Assembly (NCBI GenBank): GCA_049513715.1
Contig: JBEKVV010000003.1
Location: 464,359-528,358, forward strand
Length of the DNA stretch: 64,000 nt
Direction: 5' to 3'
Source of the DNA: Candidatus Bathyarchaeia archaeon
Lineage (GTDB): Archaea > Thermoproteota > Bathyarchaeia > 40CM-2-53-6
Shown: positions 30,475 to 40,089 of the stretch, piece by piece
Layout: the number at the start of each line of letters is the position of its first letter
How positions within the stretch are numbered: the first letter of the stretch is position 1
Position numbers and translations under genes: made by a program
Notes under the pieces: generated by a model
What the model was told of the DNA's origin: nothing
The model's database searches: none
What the model saw: the letters and a program-made list of their open reading frames with translations, nothing else

Positions 30475-30984
30475 ATGCCGGTAAGAGATGTAAATGCAAG
30501 AAGGCGTGGTCAGCGTATCGGAAGTCGTGTCAAGGTTCGCCTGGCGACAGTTAGAGACCTCGATGTGCTTGTTCACCAGCGTCGGGGTATGTGGACCGAT
30601 ATGGGCGAGAAGACCAGTGCTGAACTCGATGATGCGGACTCAGTCTACCGACCTTGGGCGCGTTCACGTCTAAAGGCTGGAACAGTCGTCGCATGGCTTG
30701 CCGAGACTAACCAGAAGGACATAGTGGCCGGCGCAATCGTCTGGTTGAGACCGACTGTTCCACGCCCCGGTTTCAAACACCAGACTCAACCGTTCGTGCT
30801 TTCCATGTATACCGAACCCGAATGGCGCGGGCGAGGCTTGGCGCCTCTGCTCGCCGCCGAAGCTGTGAACTGGGCAAGGAAGAATGGGTACAAAGAGATT
30901 CTGCTTCACGCAAGCCAGATGGGTAAACGCGTATACCTGCGCCAAGGTTTTTCGCGGACTTGGGAAATGAGACTTCAACTGTGA
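30475..30984 (+). CDS. GNAT N-acetyltransferase
   Basis: MYTEPEWRGRGLA, LHAS..G..VY...GF. Confidence 0.88.
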   Translation: MPVRDVNARRRGQRIGSRVKVRLATVRDLDVLVHQRRGMWTDMGEKTSAELDDADSVYRPWARSRLKAGTVVAWLAETNQKDIVAGAIVWLRPTVPRPGFKHQTQPFVLSMYTEPEWRGRGLAPLLAAEAVNWARKNGYKEILLHASQMGKRVYLRQGFSRTWEMRLQL

Positions 30985-31064
30985 GAGGATACATGTTTCA
31001 AAGCCACTGCTTGCCAGTCTCCGGCTGAGACTAATGAGGTTCCATGACCTGTAGGTGAGTTTGT

Positions 31065-31733
31065 TTGATCTGGAGGGTTTTCAGTTTTCATTGGCGTGGC
31101 TGGAGAAAGTTTGCATATGATTTCTCTGTAATTCAGTTTGGTTTCTTGCTGTTCGGTTTGTCAATCGACATGACGGTTCAAGCGAACCTAGGGTTGAGTT
31201 CTTGGGATGTTCTACACATGGCACTCACTTACCATCTTCCAATTACCCTTGGCGAGTCTAGTATTGGGGTAGCGGCGCTTGTTGTTCTTGTGGATGTGAT
31301 TCTTCGTGAGCCGTTGGGTTGGGGGACGCTCGCGAACATGGTTTTCATAGGGGTGTGGGTTGACGTGTTGAGGCCTTACGTTCCAAGAATTCTCCCTATC
31401 TTGTGGTTGCAAGTTGCTTACGTGCTTTTGGCGGTTTTGGTGATGGGGTTTGCTACGGCAATCTATGTTGGAGTTGATGCGGGTGCAGGCCCTAGAGATA
31501 GCTTGATGTTGGCCGTTTCTCGATTGCGCAAGACTAGCTTGCGGTGGTCACGCACTGCCATCGAGTTGACCGTGGTTTGTGTAGGATGGTTACTTGGAGG
31601 CCCACTTTGGTTTGGGACTGTGATTTGCGCTTTCGCGATTGGCCCTGCGGTTCAACTCGCCTTTAGAGTTCTGAAGGTTAGATCGCACCAAAGCCTAGCG
31701 AAGCCTGCTGAAATATCCCCGCAACTTCCATAA
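31065..31733 (+). CDS. YczE/YitT-family membrane protein
   Basis: LGLSSWDVL, GAGPRDSLM, LGGP..FGT. Confidence 0.82.
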   Translation: MIWRVFSFHWRGWRKFAYDFSVIQFGFLLFGLSIDMTVQANLGLSSWDVLHMALTYHLPITLGESSIGVAALVVLVDVILREPLGWGTLANMVFIGVWVDVLRPYVPRILPILWLQVAYVLLAVLVMGFATAIYVGVDAGAGPRDSLMLAVSRLRKTSLRWSRTAIELTVVCVGWLLGGPLWFGTVICAFAIGPAVQLAFRVLKVRSHQSLAKPAEISPQLP

Positions 31734-31773
31734 CATGAATGCCCCCGTTCAGATACGTTGCGGCATTATGTCG

Positions 31774-32094
31774 TTACGCTTTTGTCCATGTGTGCCCGCA
31801 TTTCGCGCACATGAAGCGCTCTATTGACCTTTCCTGTCTGACTCCAGCATGTTCTCCTGAGAAGAATGAAATGTAGCGGAAGGCTTCCGGATTAAGACAC
31901 GCGGGGCAGGGTTCTTCCACTTTTGTGCGTTCGGCTCCTTGAGAAGCGCCAATGATGTCCACCGGTTTTTCCTCGCGTCCTTCGATGTTTTCTACGTCTA
32001 CAATGTCAGTTTGGATCGTGTACCCACAACGTGAGCATGCGAGGCCACTCGCTGTTTTCTGCATGTACGAGTGGCACTTGTCACAGAACCTCAT
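31774..32094 (-). CDS. Transcription factor S / RpoM-like double zinc-ribbon protein lacking the acidic dyad
   Basis: MRFCDKC...CSRCGY and CPAC...CAKCGHTW; ATGA-coupled to the upstream gene. Confidence 0.75.
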   Translation of the reverse strand: MRFCDKCHSYMQKTASGLACSRCGYTIQTDIVDVENIEGREEKPVDIIGASQGAERTKVEEPCPACLNPEAFRYISFFSGEHAGVRQERSIERFMCAKCGHTWTKA

Positions 32095-32570
32095 GATGGG
32101 CCCCATTTGGGATTGGTTGTTTTGGCGTAATCTCGTTCAAGTGCAGCCACGTATTTGTCCCATATCTGGCTAATGTGCTTGGTAAAGATAGCTTTCTCGG
32201 GGACTTTGCGGATTTTCCATTTCTCGGTGAACACCATATCGAGCCTCGTCTTTCGAGGCCCTAACCGAACCAGCGCGTAGTCCGCGATTTCATCGTCGTC
32301 CTGACCAAAGTAATCCAAATGCCAAGAGTATGGCGCGCTCAGCGTTACAAGGTTAAACCCGATCTTGATTTGTTTCTCGTCCGGATACTCAATCACGTAA
32401 ACGGCCCTGTGTTTCGTTTTCTCTAGGATTGTTCGTTTCGTCTTGGACCCTGTGAGCTTATTGTCATCCTCTCTGTAGTCGGTGCACCAACCGAACACGA
32501 ATCGAAGTGGCGCGTTGATGATTTTGGTGACGTGATATGTGCATGTTGTGATGCGGATGCGTTGGCGCAT
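32091..32570 (-). CDS. SRPBCC/START-like hypothetical protein
   Basis: INAPL.FVF.WCTDY start and C-terminal W...V.ALE helix. Confidence 0.55.
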   Translation of the reverse strand: MRQRIRITTCTYHVTKIINAPLRFVFGWCTDYREDDNKLTGSKTKRTILEKTKHRAVYVIEYPDEKQIKIGFNLVTLSAPYSWHLDYFGQDDDEIADYALVRLGPRKTRLDMVFTEKWKIRKVPEKAIFTKHISQIWDKYVAALERDYAKTTNPKWGPS

Positions 32571-32676
32571 ATGGGCTGACTACCTTCAAATTACTGAAGC
32601 TCAGTTGGTTAGAAAAGCTCTTTCAAGCACCGAATCTTCTTGGTGATGAACAGTAAGTTCCCGGAGGTCGAGGCCG

Positions 32677-33234
32677 TTGCTTAAAAGGTGTTTGTGGGCC
32701 ATGAATGCCCCCCTCCTCCTAGAATACCATGACAAGGAATGGGGAGTCCAAGTCCACAATGACCGAAAGCATTTCGAGTTCCTAATCCTCGAGGGCGCTC
32801 AGGCGGGCTTGAATTGGTTGACCATTCTGAAAAAACGCCACAACTACCGCAGTGCCTTCAACTCATTCAACCCAGCCAAGGTAGCTGAATATTCCCGAGC
32901 CGACATCAAACGCCTTCTCTCAAATCCTGGAATTGTTCGCAACCGATTGAAAATTGCAGGTGCAATAGTTAATGCCCGAAACTTCCTTGAAGTTCAAAGA
33001 GAATTCGGCTCTTTCGACAATTACATCTGGCGATTCACTGATGGTAGGATAGAGAATCGGTTCAGATCTCTTTCGGATGTGCCGGCTAAGACTCGGGAAT
33101 CAGATACGATGAGCAAGGACCTCAAAAAGCGCGGGTTCAAGTTTGTTGGGTCAACTATCTGTTACGCGTACATGCAGGCTGTGGGAATCGTAAACGACCA
33201 TACGGTCGACTGTTTCAGGCACGACCAAGTATGA
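32677..33234 (+). CDS. tag: DNA-3-methyladenine glycosylase I
   Basis: RC.W, YHDKEWG, LEGAQAGLNW, IVRNRLKI, GFKFVGSTICYAYMQAVG.VNDH..C. Confidence 0.95.
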   Translation: MLKRCLWAMNAPLLLEYHDKEWGVQVHNDRKHFEFLILEGAQAGLNWLTILKKRHNYRSAFNSFNPAKVAEYSRADIKRLLSNPGIVRNRLKIAGAIVNARNFLEVQREFGSFDNYIWRFTDGRIENRFRSLSDVPAKTRESDTMSKDLKKRGFKFVGSTICYAYMQAVGIVNDHTVDCFRHDQV

Positions 33235-33554
33235 TTTTGCAATGGCAAATTGTTTTTAAGATTGACCTAAACTTCAAATGCATCTACCTACCCTTCCTTA
33301 ATGGTTTGATTCGTTTGATGTTCACGAATACGCGAGAGGTGTGCGTGCTCAGTATACTTAGGTTGGAGAATCCGGTATCGACTAGGCGAATCACAGAGCT
33401 CGCTTCGACCGCTGAGTTTCAGGAGATCTGCCGTGACTGTAGGAGTGGAACTGAAGTGTATGAGACAACCATGCGCATGCACCGTGTAGGCTTGCTCAAC
33501 CGAGAGCCGAGCTCCGGTGGTTTCCTATGGAGCCTCGCTAACTCACAGACTTGA
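33231..33554 (+). CDS. Hypothetical winged-helix-like protein with CxxC (start uncertain)
   Basis: CRDC; C-terminal GLL.RE...GGFLW wing. Confidence 0.5.
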   Translation: MILQWQIVFKIDLNFKCIYLPFLNGLIRLMFTNTREVCVLSILRLENPVSTRRITELASTAEFQEICRDCRSGTEVYETTMRMHRVGLLNREPSSGGFLWSLANSQT

Positions 33555-33645
33555 AGTGCTCTCCACTTTTCAGATAAGGAATATTCCAGTTATGGTCTTC
33601 GAAACGAGAGGTTTTCAGAACTAAAAATCAGTAACAACCCCCTAT

Positions 33646-33774
33646 ATGGGCATTGGATACGTCCAACGCATGCTTGACCCATTCACTAACCTCTGGACTT
33701 GCTTCGGCAACGTCTGTACCAGTTCTGGCCTGCAGCAGAACTGCAAGTTCCTGAAGGAGCGAAAGGGCTGCTAA
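33646..33774 (+). CDS. 42-aa Cys-containing microprotein candidate
   Basis: MGIGYVQRMLDPFTNLWTCFGNVCTSSGLQQNCKFLKERKGC*. Confidence 0.35.
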   Translation: MGIGYVQRMLDPFTNLWTCFGNVCTSSGLQQNCKFLKERKGC

Positions 33775-33812
33775 TCCCGATCAGATGAACCTAGGTGAAA
33801 GTGTTGGCAACT

Positions 33813-33923
33813 ATGATTATTCAGGCGCCGAGAATTGAAATCACGGATGCTTGCGAAGAAGGCCGCCATTTGAGTTGTGATGGATCCTGCACGTGCCATT
33901 GCCACGCATGGTGGAATCCCTGA
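33813..33923 (+). CDS. 36-aa Cys/His-rich metal-binding microprotein candidate
   Basis: MIIQAPRIEITDACEEGRHLSCDGSCTCHCHAWWNP*; AGGTGA RBS at 33793 with in-frame GTG/TTG starts at 33801/33804. Confidence 0.6.
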   Translation: MIIQAPRIEITDACEEGRHLSCDGSCTCHCHAWWNP

Positions 33924-33957
33924 AAGCAAAACCTCTAGAATTGTTGCAGCTGTAAAA

Positions 33958-34599
33958 TCACGAGAGGTTCTTGGTGTCTTCCTGAAGTGTAATTTTGTGT
34001 ACGAAGTTTTCTAGAATGATTTTGCCGGCTTGGTTTTCTTCATTCCATCGCTCGGGATGGAATTGAATGCCATACAAAGGGCGGTCGTTGTGTTTCATAC
34101 CCTCGTTATCGGTGTCTGATGATGTTGCAGTTCGAACGAAACCTGGGGGGAGTACCTTCACTTCTTCTTTGTGACTTTGCATCACTCTGATCTTAGCGGG
34201 CAACCCGGCGAGTAACGTGTCTTTATCCTCCAAGCTCACTGTTCGAAAGCCCTGGACGAGGCCCGACCTGACCTTTGCCACATTACCTCCGTATGCCAAC
34301 GCGAGCGCTTGGTGGCCGCCGCAGATTCCGAGAGTGGGGATTGTGATCTTCGGTAGGAATTGGATTAGGTCTACGAAACGAGCTCGGTCAGCGGTTCTTG
34401 TCCATAGCGCCTCTGTTCCGCTCAATATGATGCCGCTGTAAGTTTGGTTGACTGCCTCCGGGTTCTTCTTCTTGGTTAGAGATTCGAAATCAGACTCCGC
34501 CGCTTCTACTCCTACCTCTTTGATCCTAGCGACCAGTCTGTCGAAGTTGCGCTTATACTTCGACTGTAAGTAGAGGTTAACGACGAGTAGTTGCTTCAA
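33958..34599 (-). CDS. Class I glutamine amidotransferase (GMP-synthase glutaminase-like)
   Basis: IILSG, GICGGHQ (catalytic Cys), QFHPE. Confidence 0.88.
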   Translation of the reverse strand: MKQLLVVNLYLQSKYKRNFDRLVARIKEVGVEAAESDFESLTKKKNPEAVNQTYSGIILSGTEALWTRTADRARFVDLIQFLPKITIPTLGICGGHQALALAYGGNVAKVRSGLVQGFRTVSLEDKDTLLAGLPAKIRVMQSHKEEVKVLPPGFVRTATSSDTDNEGMKHNDRPLYGIQFHPERWNEENQAGKIILENFVHKITLQEDTKNLS

Positions 34600-36124
34600 C
34601 CTTCACTACCTCATGGCCCAGCGTGGGGTCGGCCCATGCGAATTTGGTCACCAGTGTCTTCGGATAGTATGCTTTCCAGTCGTAGTCTACCTTTTGACAG
34701 AATTTGACGATGACCCTGGGGTCGATGTAATTCTTCAGCGAGGTTCCTAGGTTCCATTTCTTGCTCAGCTTCATCTGCTCCAGACGCAGTTTTAGTGACT
34801 GCTTTCGTTTCTCAACCGACTTTCCCTCTTTCCCTCTCAGCGACCGAAGCATTTCAAGCCGTTTCTTGTAGGTTTCCTCCCAATTCTTCGGAATAGCCTT
34901 TTGGTGGTTGAGTAACTGCGCCACCGCCGCATTAGCCTCCATCAACGCCATTTTTTTCTCAACATCAGGGTTCTCCGTGGTGACTTTCGAGGCCTCCAGT
35001 TGCTGTACGAAGAGCCGCGTGGCAGAGAAGGTACGAAACACTTTGGGGCTAAGGCCAGGCATGGCCTCTGATAGAAAAGCCCGCACAGCATCTGTAGTTA
35101 TGCCACTGAACAAGCGATCGCTTTCTGAAGCAAATTCCTTCAGATTCCGGAAAACCTCTGGGCTAACTTCCAGTTCTCTCTCGAACAGAATCGAGTCCTT
35201 TCCGAGAAAGTGCAACTTCACCTTGGGCTGGCTCTGGGGAAGGCGTATGTGGATCCTGCGTAGGCTGGTTGCACCAACCGTTCCACTCTCAGTCTCCTTC
35301 TCATCGCCAACACGAATATTGAAGATGTCAATCAGGTAGGCGACCGTTGCCGCCTTCCTCCGCCTCAAATCCTCGGCTGTGAGGCCCTCTGCTATGTGGG
35401 CCCGAACCTTGTCAAGTCTTAATTCGACCTGCTTGGCGAGGTCGAATTTCTCTTGAACTCGTCCTTGTTTCATCGGGGTGGCGTCGTGGAACCAAATGTA
35501 CTTGACTTTTCTGTTCAGCTTGTCCGTCCAACGCGCAATCCAAAGCTCGCTGGGCCTCCACTCTCTGGTTGCCCATTCACCGGGCGGTTTGGCGTCGGGG
35601 CTCAAATTGAGAGTAACGTCTTTCGTGGTTATGGCAGGTTTCCATCTTCCCCGATCCGGGTGGGCTCCCCGCCCCATGAATATCCCCGGAGGCTCGACGG
35701 CGTAGCTTGCGATCTCCATTTTGACGCCATTAACCGTAGCCCAACCATATTTCGCTTTTCGCTCCTCACGAATCTTCTTCCTGACTGCCGCCAGCTCTTT
35801 TTTCTCCTCTTTCGGCATGTTCGTTTTGCGTGCCCTCTCGGATTTGACCCATTGAACGATTGAGGACCAGTCGAAATCCTCCACAGTGATCTTTTCTTTC
35901 AAGCCGAGAGCTTTGGCGAAGTCTTCCATGAAATTGGAGCGAAACGTCTTATCTTCAAAGTAAGGGGTTCCGAATTTCTGCACGAACCTTACTGCCATCT
36001 CTTCTTGAAGCGGGTTCAACCTGAGGCCCTGCCCACGGAATTTGATGGTGAACCCTCGTGGCGCGTATGCGTCGGGTATCAAGACACCATTATGGACTAG
36101 TTGTTTGAGTTCAGTTAAGGCCAA
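34577..36124 (-). CDS. top1B: DNA topoisomerase IB (eukaryote-like)
   Basis: LVHNGV, EPPGIFMGRGAHP, IRVGDEK, GKDS, KVFRTF, NHQK, GTSLKNYIDPR: complete R-K-R-H-Y catalytic pentad. Confidence 0.96.
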   Translation of the reverse strand: MALTELKQLVHNGVLIPDAYAPRGFTIKFRGQGLRLNPLQEEMAVRFVQKFGTPYFEDKTFRSNFMEDFAKALGLKEKITVEDFDWSSIVQWVKSERARKTNMPKEEKKELAAVRKKIREERKAKYGWATVNGVKMEIASYAVEPPGIFMGRGAHPDRGRWKPAITTKDVTLNLSPDAKPPGEWATREWRPSELWIARWTDKLNRKVKYIWFHDATPMKQGRVQEKFDLAKQVELRLDKVRAHIAEGLTAEDLRRRKAATVAYLIDIFNIRVGDEKETESGTVGATSLRRIHIRLPQSQPKVKLHFLGKDSILFERELEVSPEVFRNLKEFASESDRLFSGITTDAVRAFLSEAMPGLSPKVFRTFSATRLFVQQLEASKVTTENPDVEKKMALMEANAAVAQLLNHQKAIPKNWEETYKKRLEMLRSLRGKEGKSVEKRKQSLKLRLEQMKLSKKWNLGTSLKNYIDPRVIVKFCQKVDYDWKAYYPKTLVTKFAWADPTLGHEVVKVEATTRR

Positions 36125-36470
36125 ATTTCTCCCCTCCTACTCTCACTGATAGCAGATCCTCGGATTTCATGGTGTGAAAATCTTGTATTCTCAGATGAGT
36201 ATTCTGCTTCAGCCCCATCACTTGTTCTTAGAAACTCCCCGGATTCGTGAATCGATAGCTCGGATGTATTAGAAAATGTTTGCCCCTGACCTATCCGTTC
36301 AACTGCTTGGAGCAGAACAACCTGCTTGGGAACGCAGCTAATGCTTGGCATTCGGACTTCAAGTCTGCATCATGCTCGGGTTTGAGATTCACAGCTCCAG
36401 TTACAAACTTACCGGACAGATTCAAGCCCATCCAAAGTCTTATTGTCCAGAAGGAGTGTCATTTGGTTTC

Positions 36471-36602
36471 ATGAAGAAACGTACCAAACGCAAGCCCAAG
36501 CGACGAACCAAAGTGAAGCGCAGGGTTCGTAGAGGAGCCAAAAGTACACGCCGCAGAGTCAGAAAAGGCATTTCTAGAATCAGAAGAAAGCTATCGCGAT
36601 AG
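36471..36602 (+). CDS. 43-aa extremely basic (protamine-like) microprotein
   Basis: MKKRTKRKPKRRTKVKRRVRRGAKSTRRRVRKGISRIRRKLSR*: 26 of 43 residues R/K, no acidic residue; AAGGAG upstream. Confidence 0.6.
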   Translation: MKKRTKRKPKRRTKVKRRVRRGAKSTRRRVRKGISRIRRKLSR

Positions 36603-36789
36603 GTCAAGCTTCCTGGGCAATTGCAATCGTGCAAGCGTAGGCAATCGCAGTAGCGTAGGCTCGCTTCACTTTTTCTTTCTATTATTGTTAGGGGTGGGGG
36701 GCTGTAGGGTAGTTTTGTATCCCATTATCGTATTTCGGGCCGATCGTTAGACTCAGTGCTTCCGAGCCGTAACTCTGCGCTTCAATTGC

Positions 36790-37371
36790 CTACATATCAC
36801 TACGCACGTTTTTCTTCGCAAGCAACATGTTGACAATCCTGAAGGTCAAACCCCAAATTACGCGCCCTTCGTAAATGTAAGAATCAACCGTCAAAACTCC
36901 GCCCTCTACTTTGACATTACTCTTGCTTATGCTGAGTTGGTCTAGTAGACCTAGGGGAACCCAGAAACTCTCAGTCACCTCATCGTTCAATTCAACGGTA
37001 ACACTGGAATTCAATTGGAAAACAAACGAAGCTACAAGGATGCGGCGAGTGTGGGCACGCATGAGCGGCAACACACCTAACATTTGATGGTTGGATAGAT
37101 TGATTCCTACCTCCTCTTGCGCCTCCCTAATCGCAGTCTCCAGAAACGAGCTGTCAATGGCGGACTTGTGGCCGCCTGGGAAGGCTGTTTGGCCGGACCA
37201 AGGATCACCCAGCCGTTCCCTCCTCTCTATGAAAAGCGCACTTCCGCCCCGGTCTTTCGGGTCAATTATTATTGCGACCGCAGCTTCTGGTGGGCCCTCT
37301 TGAGATTCGAGAAGAGAAGCCTCTGGCAGTAACCGCCGCTGAAGCACATCGATATGGAAAGAACGGGTCAC
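36790..37371 (-). CDS. NUDIX hydrolase, CoA pyrophosphatase family
   Basis: AAVAII, PWSGQTAFPGG, TAIREAQEEVG, IWGLT. Confidence 0.9.
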   Translation of the reverse strand: MTRSFHIDVLQRRLLPEASLLESQEGPPEAAVAIIIDPKDRGGSALFIERRERLGDPWSGQTAFPGGHKSAIDSSFLETAIREAQEEVGINLSNHQMLGVLPLMRAHTRRILVASFVFQLNSSVTVELNDEVTESFWVPLGLLDQLSISKSNVKVEGGVLTVDSYIYEGRVIWGLTFRIVNMLLAKKNVRSDM

Positions 37372-37414
37372 TGAAGGGCACTAGCTGCCGGTTGGTCCAC
37401 AAGAAAAGTGTGTT

Positions 37415-38176
37415 TCAGGTTCTACGCACTTCCTGCTTCCCTTTGATCGGCTTTACTCCGATGTAGAGTCCTCTTCCAATCAAGCCTTTGCGGTCGTAGG
37501 TAACTTTCAAACCGGCCTTTCGAAACGCGGCTAAGTATTCGGCGTGCGTGAAGAGCCCGAATTCGTTCAACTCTGTCATGTACTTGACCCCATCCGGTGT
37601 GCCCACCAAATAATGGAGCTTGAATACTGAAAGCCTTCCTTTCGTTACAAGAATATTCATTCGGGCGATCTTGAGTTTCGGTTGATTTACGAATACGGCC
37701 CCGACATGACCGGGGATTATTTTGTCAGGAGTCAACCATGGCTCAACGATTATGACGCCGCCGGGTTTCAAGTGACGTGCCATGTTTCTGATGGCTAGAT
37801 TTAGTTCGCGAATAGTTCGCATGTATCCAATAGCACTAAAGAGGCATGTGATTGCGTCGAATTGTCTGTGCAGGTCGAAGGTTAACATGTTTCCGCGGTG
37901 AAACTTAACTCTGGGGTTTCGCTTACGCGCGATGGTTAGTAGTCTGGGTTGTATGTCCAGGCCTTCGCATGAATAGAATTTCCGCATGCATTGAATGTGG
38001 CGGCCTGTTCCGCAGGCAACATCCAGCAAATCCTTGCCCTTGGACTGCTTGCAGTTCTGAATGAGTGCGCGCAGTCGTTTGGTTTCTTTTCGGTAGTCTT
38101 TGCCCACTGTATCGTATATCAAGTCGTAGTAGTTCGCGGATTTCTTGAAAGGCCTTAAACGCTCATCCATAATCAA
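37415..38176 (-). CDS. Class I SAM-dependent methyltransferase
   Basis: YYDLIY, LDVACGTG, FDAITCLFSAIGY, LKPGG. Confidence 0.9.
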   Translation of the reverse strand: MIMDERLRPFKKSANYYDLIYDTVGKDYRKETKRLRALIQNCKQSKGKDLLDVACGTGRHIQCMRKFYSCEGLDIQPRLLTIARKRNPRVKFHRGNMLTFDLHRQFDAITCLFSAIGYMRTIRELNLAIRNMARHLKPGGVIIVEPWLTPDKIIPGHVGAVFVNQPKLKIARMNILVTKGRLSVFKLHYLVGTPDGVKYMTELNEFGLFTHAEYLAAFRKAGLKVTYDRKGLIGRGLYIGVKPIKGKQEVRRT

Positions 38177-38189
38177 ACCACCCCCTGTC

Positions 38190-38771
38190 TTACCGGTACC
38201 TCAGTGGAAAGAATTTCGGAACATGTTCCTTGTACTTGCGGTACTCATCCCCAAATCGTTCTTGTAGCTCCCCCTCTTCAAGTGGCGTAATCAGAAAGTA
38301 GGATGTAAGAAAATCAGCTAGTGCCAGGACGCCGGCGCCAACGTACCCTGTGAGAAGGAATATTCCTGCGAAGAAGAGTGTGTGGGCTAGGTATGTGGGA
38401 TGCCTCACAATTGAAAAGGGGCCCTGTGTGACCAGCCTCTTGTGTGTTGCTTGGGGAACCAGTTCCGCGTAGCCGACTAGGACTCTCCAACCGAGAAGTC
38501 GCGTGGCCCAAGCTTGAAGGCCAACTCCGATGAGCGCAATTATCAACCCTGCCCATCTCAGTGCGCCAAGGTCAAGCCTCGTGCCAAGTACACTATTCCT
38601 GAAGGCGAAAACCAGAAACGCGACAGCAAACCACTCGAGCAGAATTGGAACGTAAGTGAAGCCTCCACGTTTCCTCCAGAAGCCAGGGCGGCTGTGAATC
38701 TGCAGCCAGCATATTGGAATGAGTGGCCACCCAGCGATTGCTACGAGAACCAGAAACCTTGACCACATCAT
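38190..38771 (-). CDS. Isoprenylcysteine carboxyl methyltransferase / PEMT family membrane protein
   Basis: LVTQGPFSIVRHPTY, EE.EL.ERFG.EY..Y...VP. Confidence 0.88.
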   Translation of the reverse strand: MMWSRFLVLVAIAGWPLIPICWLQIHSRPGFWRKRGGFTYVPILLEWFAVAFLVFAFRNSVLGTRLDLGALRWAGLIIALIGVGLQAWATRLLGWRVLVGYAELVPQATHKRLVTQGPFSIVRHPTYLAHTLFFAGIFLLTGYVGAGVLALADFLTSYFLITPLEEGELQERFGDEYRKYKEHVPKFFPLRYR

Positions 38772-38854
38772 CGAACAGCCACCAACCTATTGTTGATGGC
38801 AGCCAAGCTTTATCTTTCGGTCGGGTGCAAACGCCCCAATTTGGAGAGCCTTAG

Positions 38855-40078
38855 TTGTCAAGTGTCGATAGTGTTCTGCGTACGATTGAGAGTTCGCGAG
38901 ACGAAATAACACGCTTCATGGTTGAGATGCTGAAGATAAAGGCCGTGAACGTTGATGGTGGAGGAAAAGGAGAGTACGATCGCGCACTTTTCGTCAAGAA
39001 GTGGCTAGACAATTTGGGAATGAAGGTTGCGAGGCATGATGTTCCTGATGACCGCGTCGCTCAAGGCGTCCGCGTTAACTTGACGACAGTCCTTGAAGGA
39101 CAGGACCCATCACGAACTCTCTGGTTTGCTGCGCACTTGGACACCGTCCCGGAGGGCGCAAGAGAGCTTTGGGCCACTGACCCCTATGACCCAGTCGTCA
39201 AAGATGGCAAGATCCTTGGAAGAGGTTCGGAGGATAACGGCCAAGCGATCGGGTCCACACTCTTCACGTTGAAAGCTTTAAAGGCTCAAAAAGTTAAGCC
39301 GCGAATGAGCATTGGATTCGCCTACTTTTCAGATGAAGAATCGGGTAGCAAGTACGGCGTGATTCCAATGCTCGAAAAGAACATTTTCAAACCTACGGAC
39401 ATGGCCATCGTTCCAGACAGCGGATCGCCTAAAGGGGACCTCATTGAGGTTGCGGAGAAGCACATAATGTGGTTGAAGTTCACCACGAAGGGGCTGCAGG
39501 TGCATGGCAGCACACCTGAGAAGGGATTGAACGCGAACCGAATCGGCATGAAGCTGGCGTTGCAACTCGACGAAATGTTGCATAAGAATTACCCGGCCAC
39601 TGACCCCCTCTTCGACCCTCCAGTCTCAACATTTGAACCCACCAAACGCGAAGCGAACGTGGACAACGTGAACACTGTCCCAGGATTAGATGTTCAGTAC
39701 TTCGACTGCCGTATCCTGACACGGTACCCGTTGAAAGAAGTCTTGAATGAAATTGAAACGGTGACGTCAAAACTGGAAAAGGAAACGGGTGCGCAGATTA
39801 AGGTTGAACCGATTCAATATGAAGAGAACACTGCGCCCACACCAACCGACAGCGAGGTTGTTGTGAAACTTAAGGGTGCACTGAAGAAGTTGCGAGGAAT
39901 CGATGCGAAGGCCATCGGAATAGGTGGCGGAACAGTTGGACTGTACTTTAGGCGGAAGGGAATTCACACCGCTGTTTGGGGGACCCTCGACGACATGGCG
40001 CACCAGCCCAACGAATACTGCAAGATCGACAATATGATCAACGACGCGAAAGTATTTGCTTATGTCACCATGAACTGA
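38855..40078 (+). CDS. M20 family metallohydrolase (ArgE/DapE-like)
   Basis: AHLDTVP, GRGSEDNG, DEE, HGSTP, GGGT, AHQPNEY. Confidence 0.92.
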   Translation: MSSVDSVLRTIESSRDEITRFMVEMLKIKAVNVDGGGKGEYDRALFVKKWLDNLGMKVARHDVPDDRVAQGVRVNLTTVLEGQDPSRTLWFAAHLDTVPEGARELWATDPYDPVVKDGKILGRGSEDNGQAIGSTLFTLKALKAQKVKPRMSIGFAYFSDEESGSKYGVIPMLEKNIFKPTDMAIVPDSGSPKGDLIEVAEKHIMWLKFTTKGLQVHGSTPEKGLNANRIGMKLALQLDEMLHKNYPATDPLFDPPVSTFEPTKREANVDNVNTVPGLDVQYFDCRILTRYPLKEVLNEIETVTSKLEKETGAQIKVEPIQYEENTAPTPTDSEVVVKLKGALKKLRGIDAKAIGIGGGTVGLYFRRKGIHTAVWGTLDDMAHQPNEYCKIDNMINDAKVFAYVTMN

Positions 40079-40089
40079 GGTAAAGAGAA

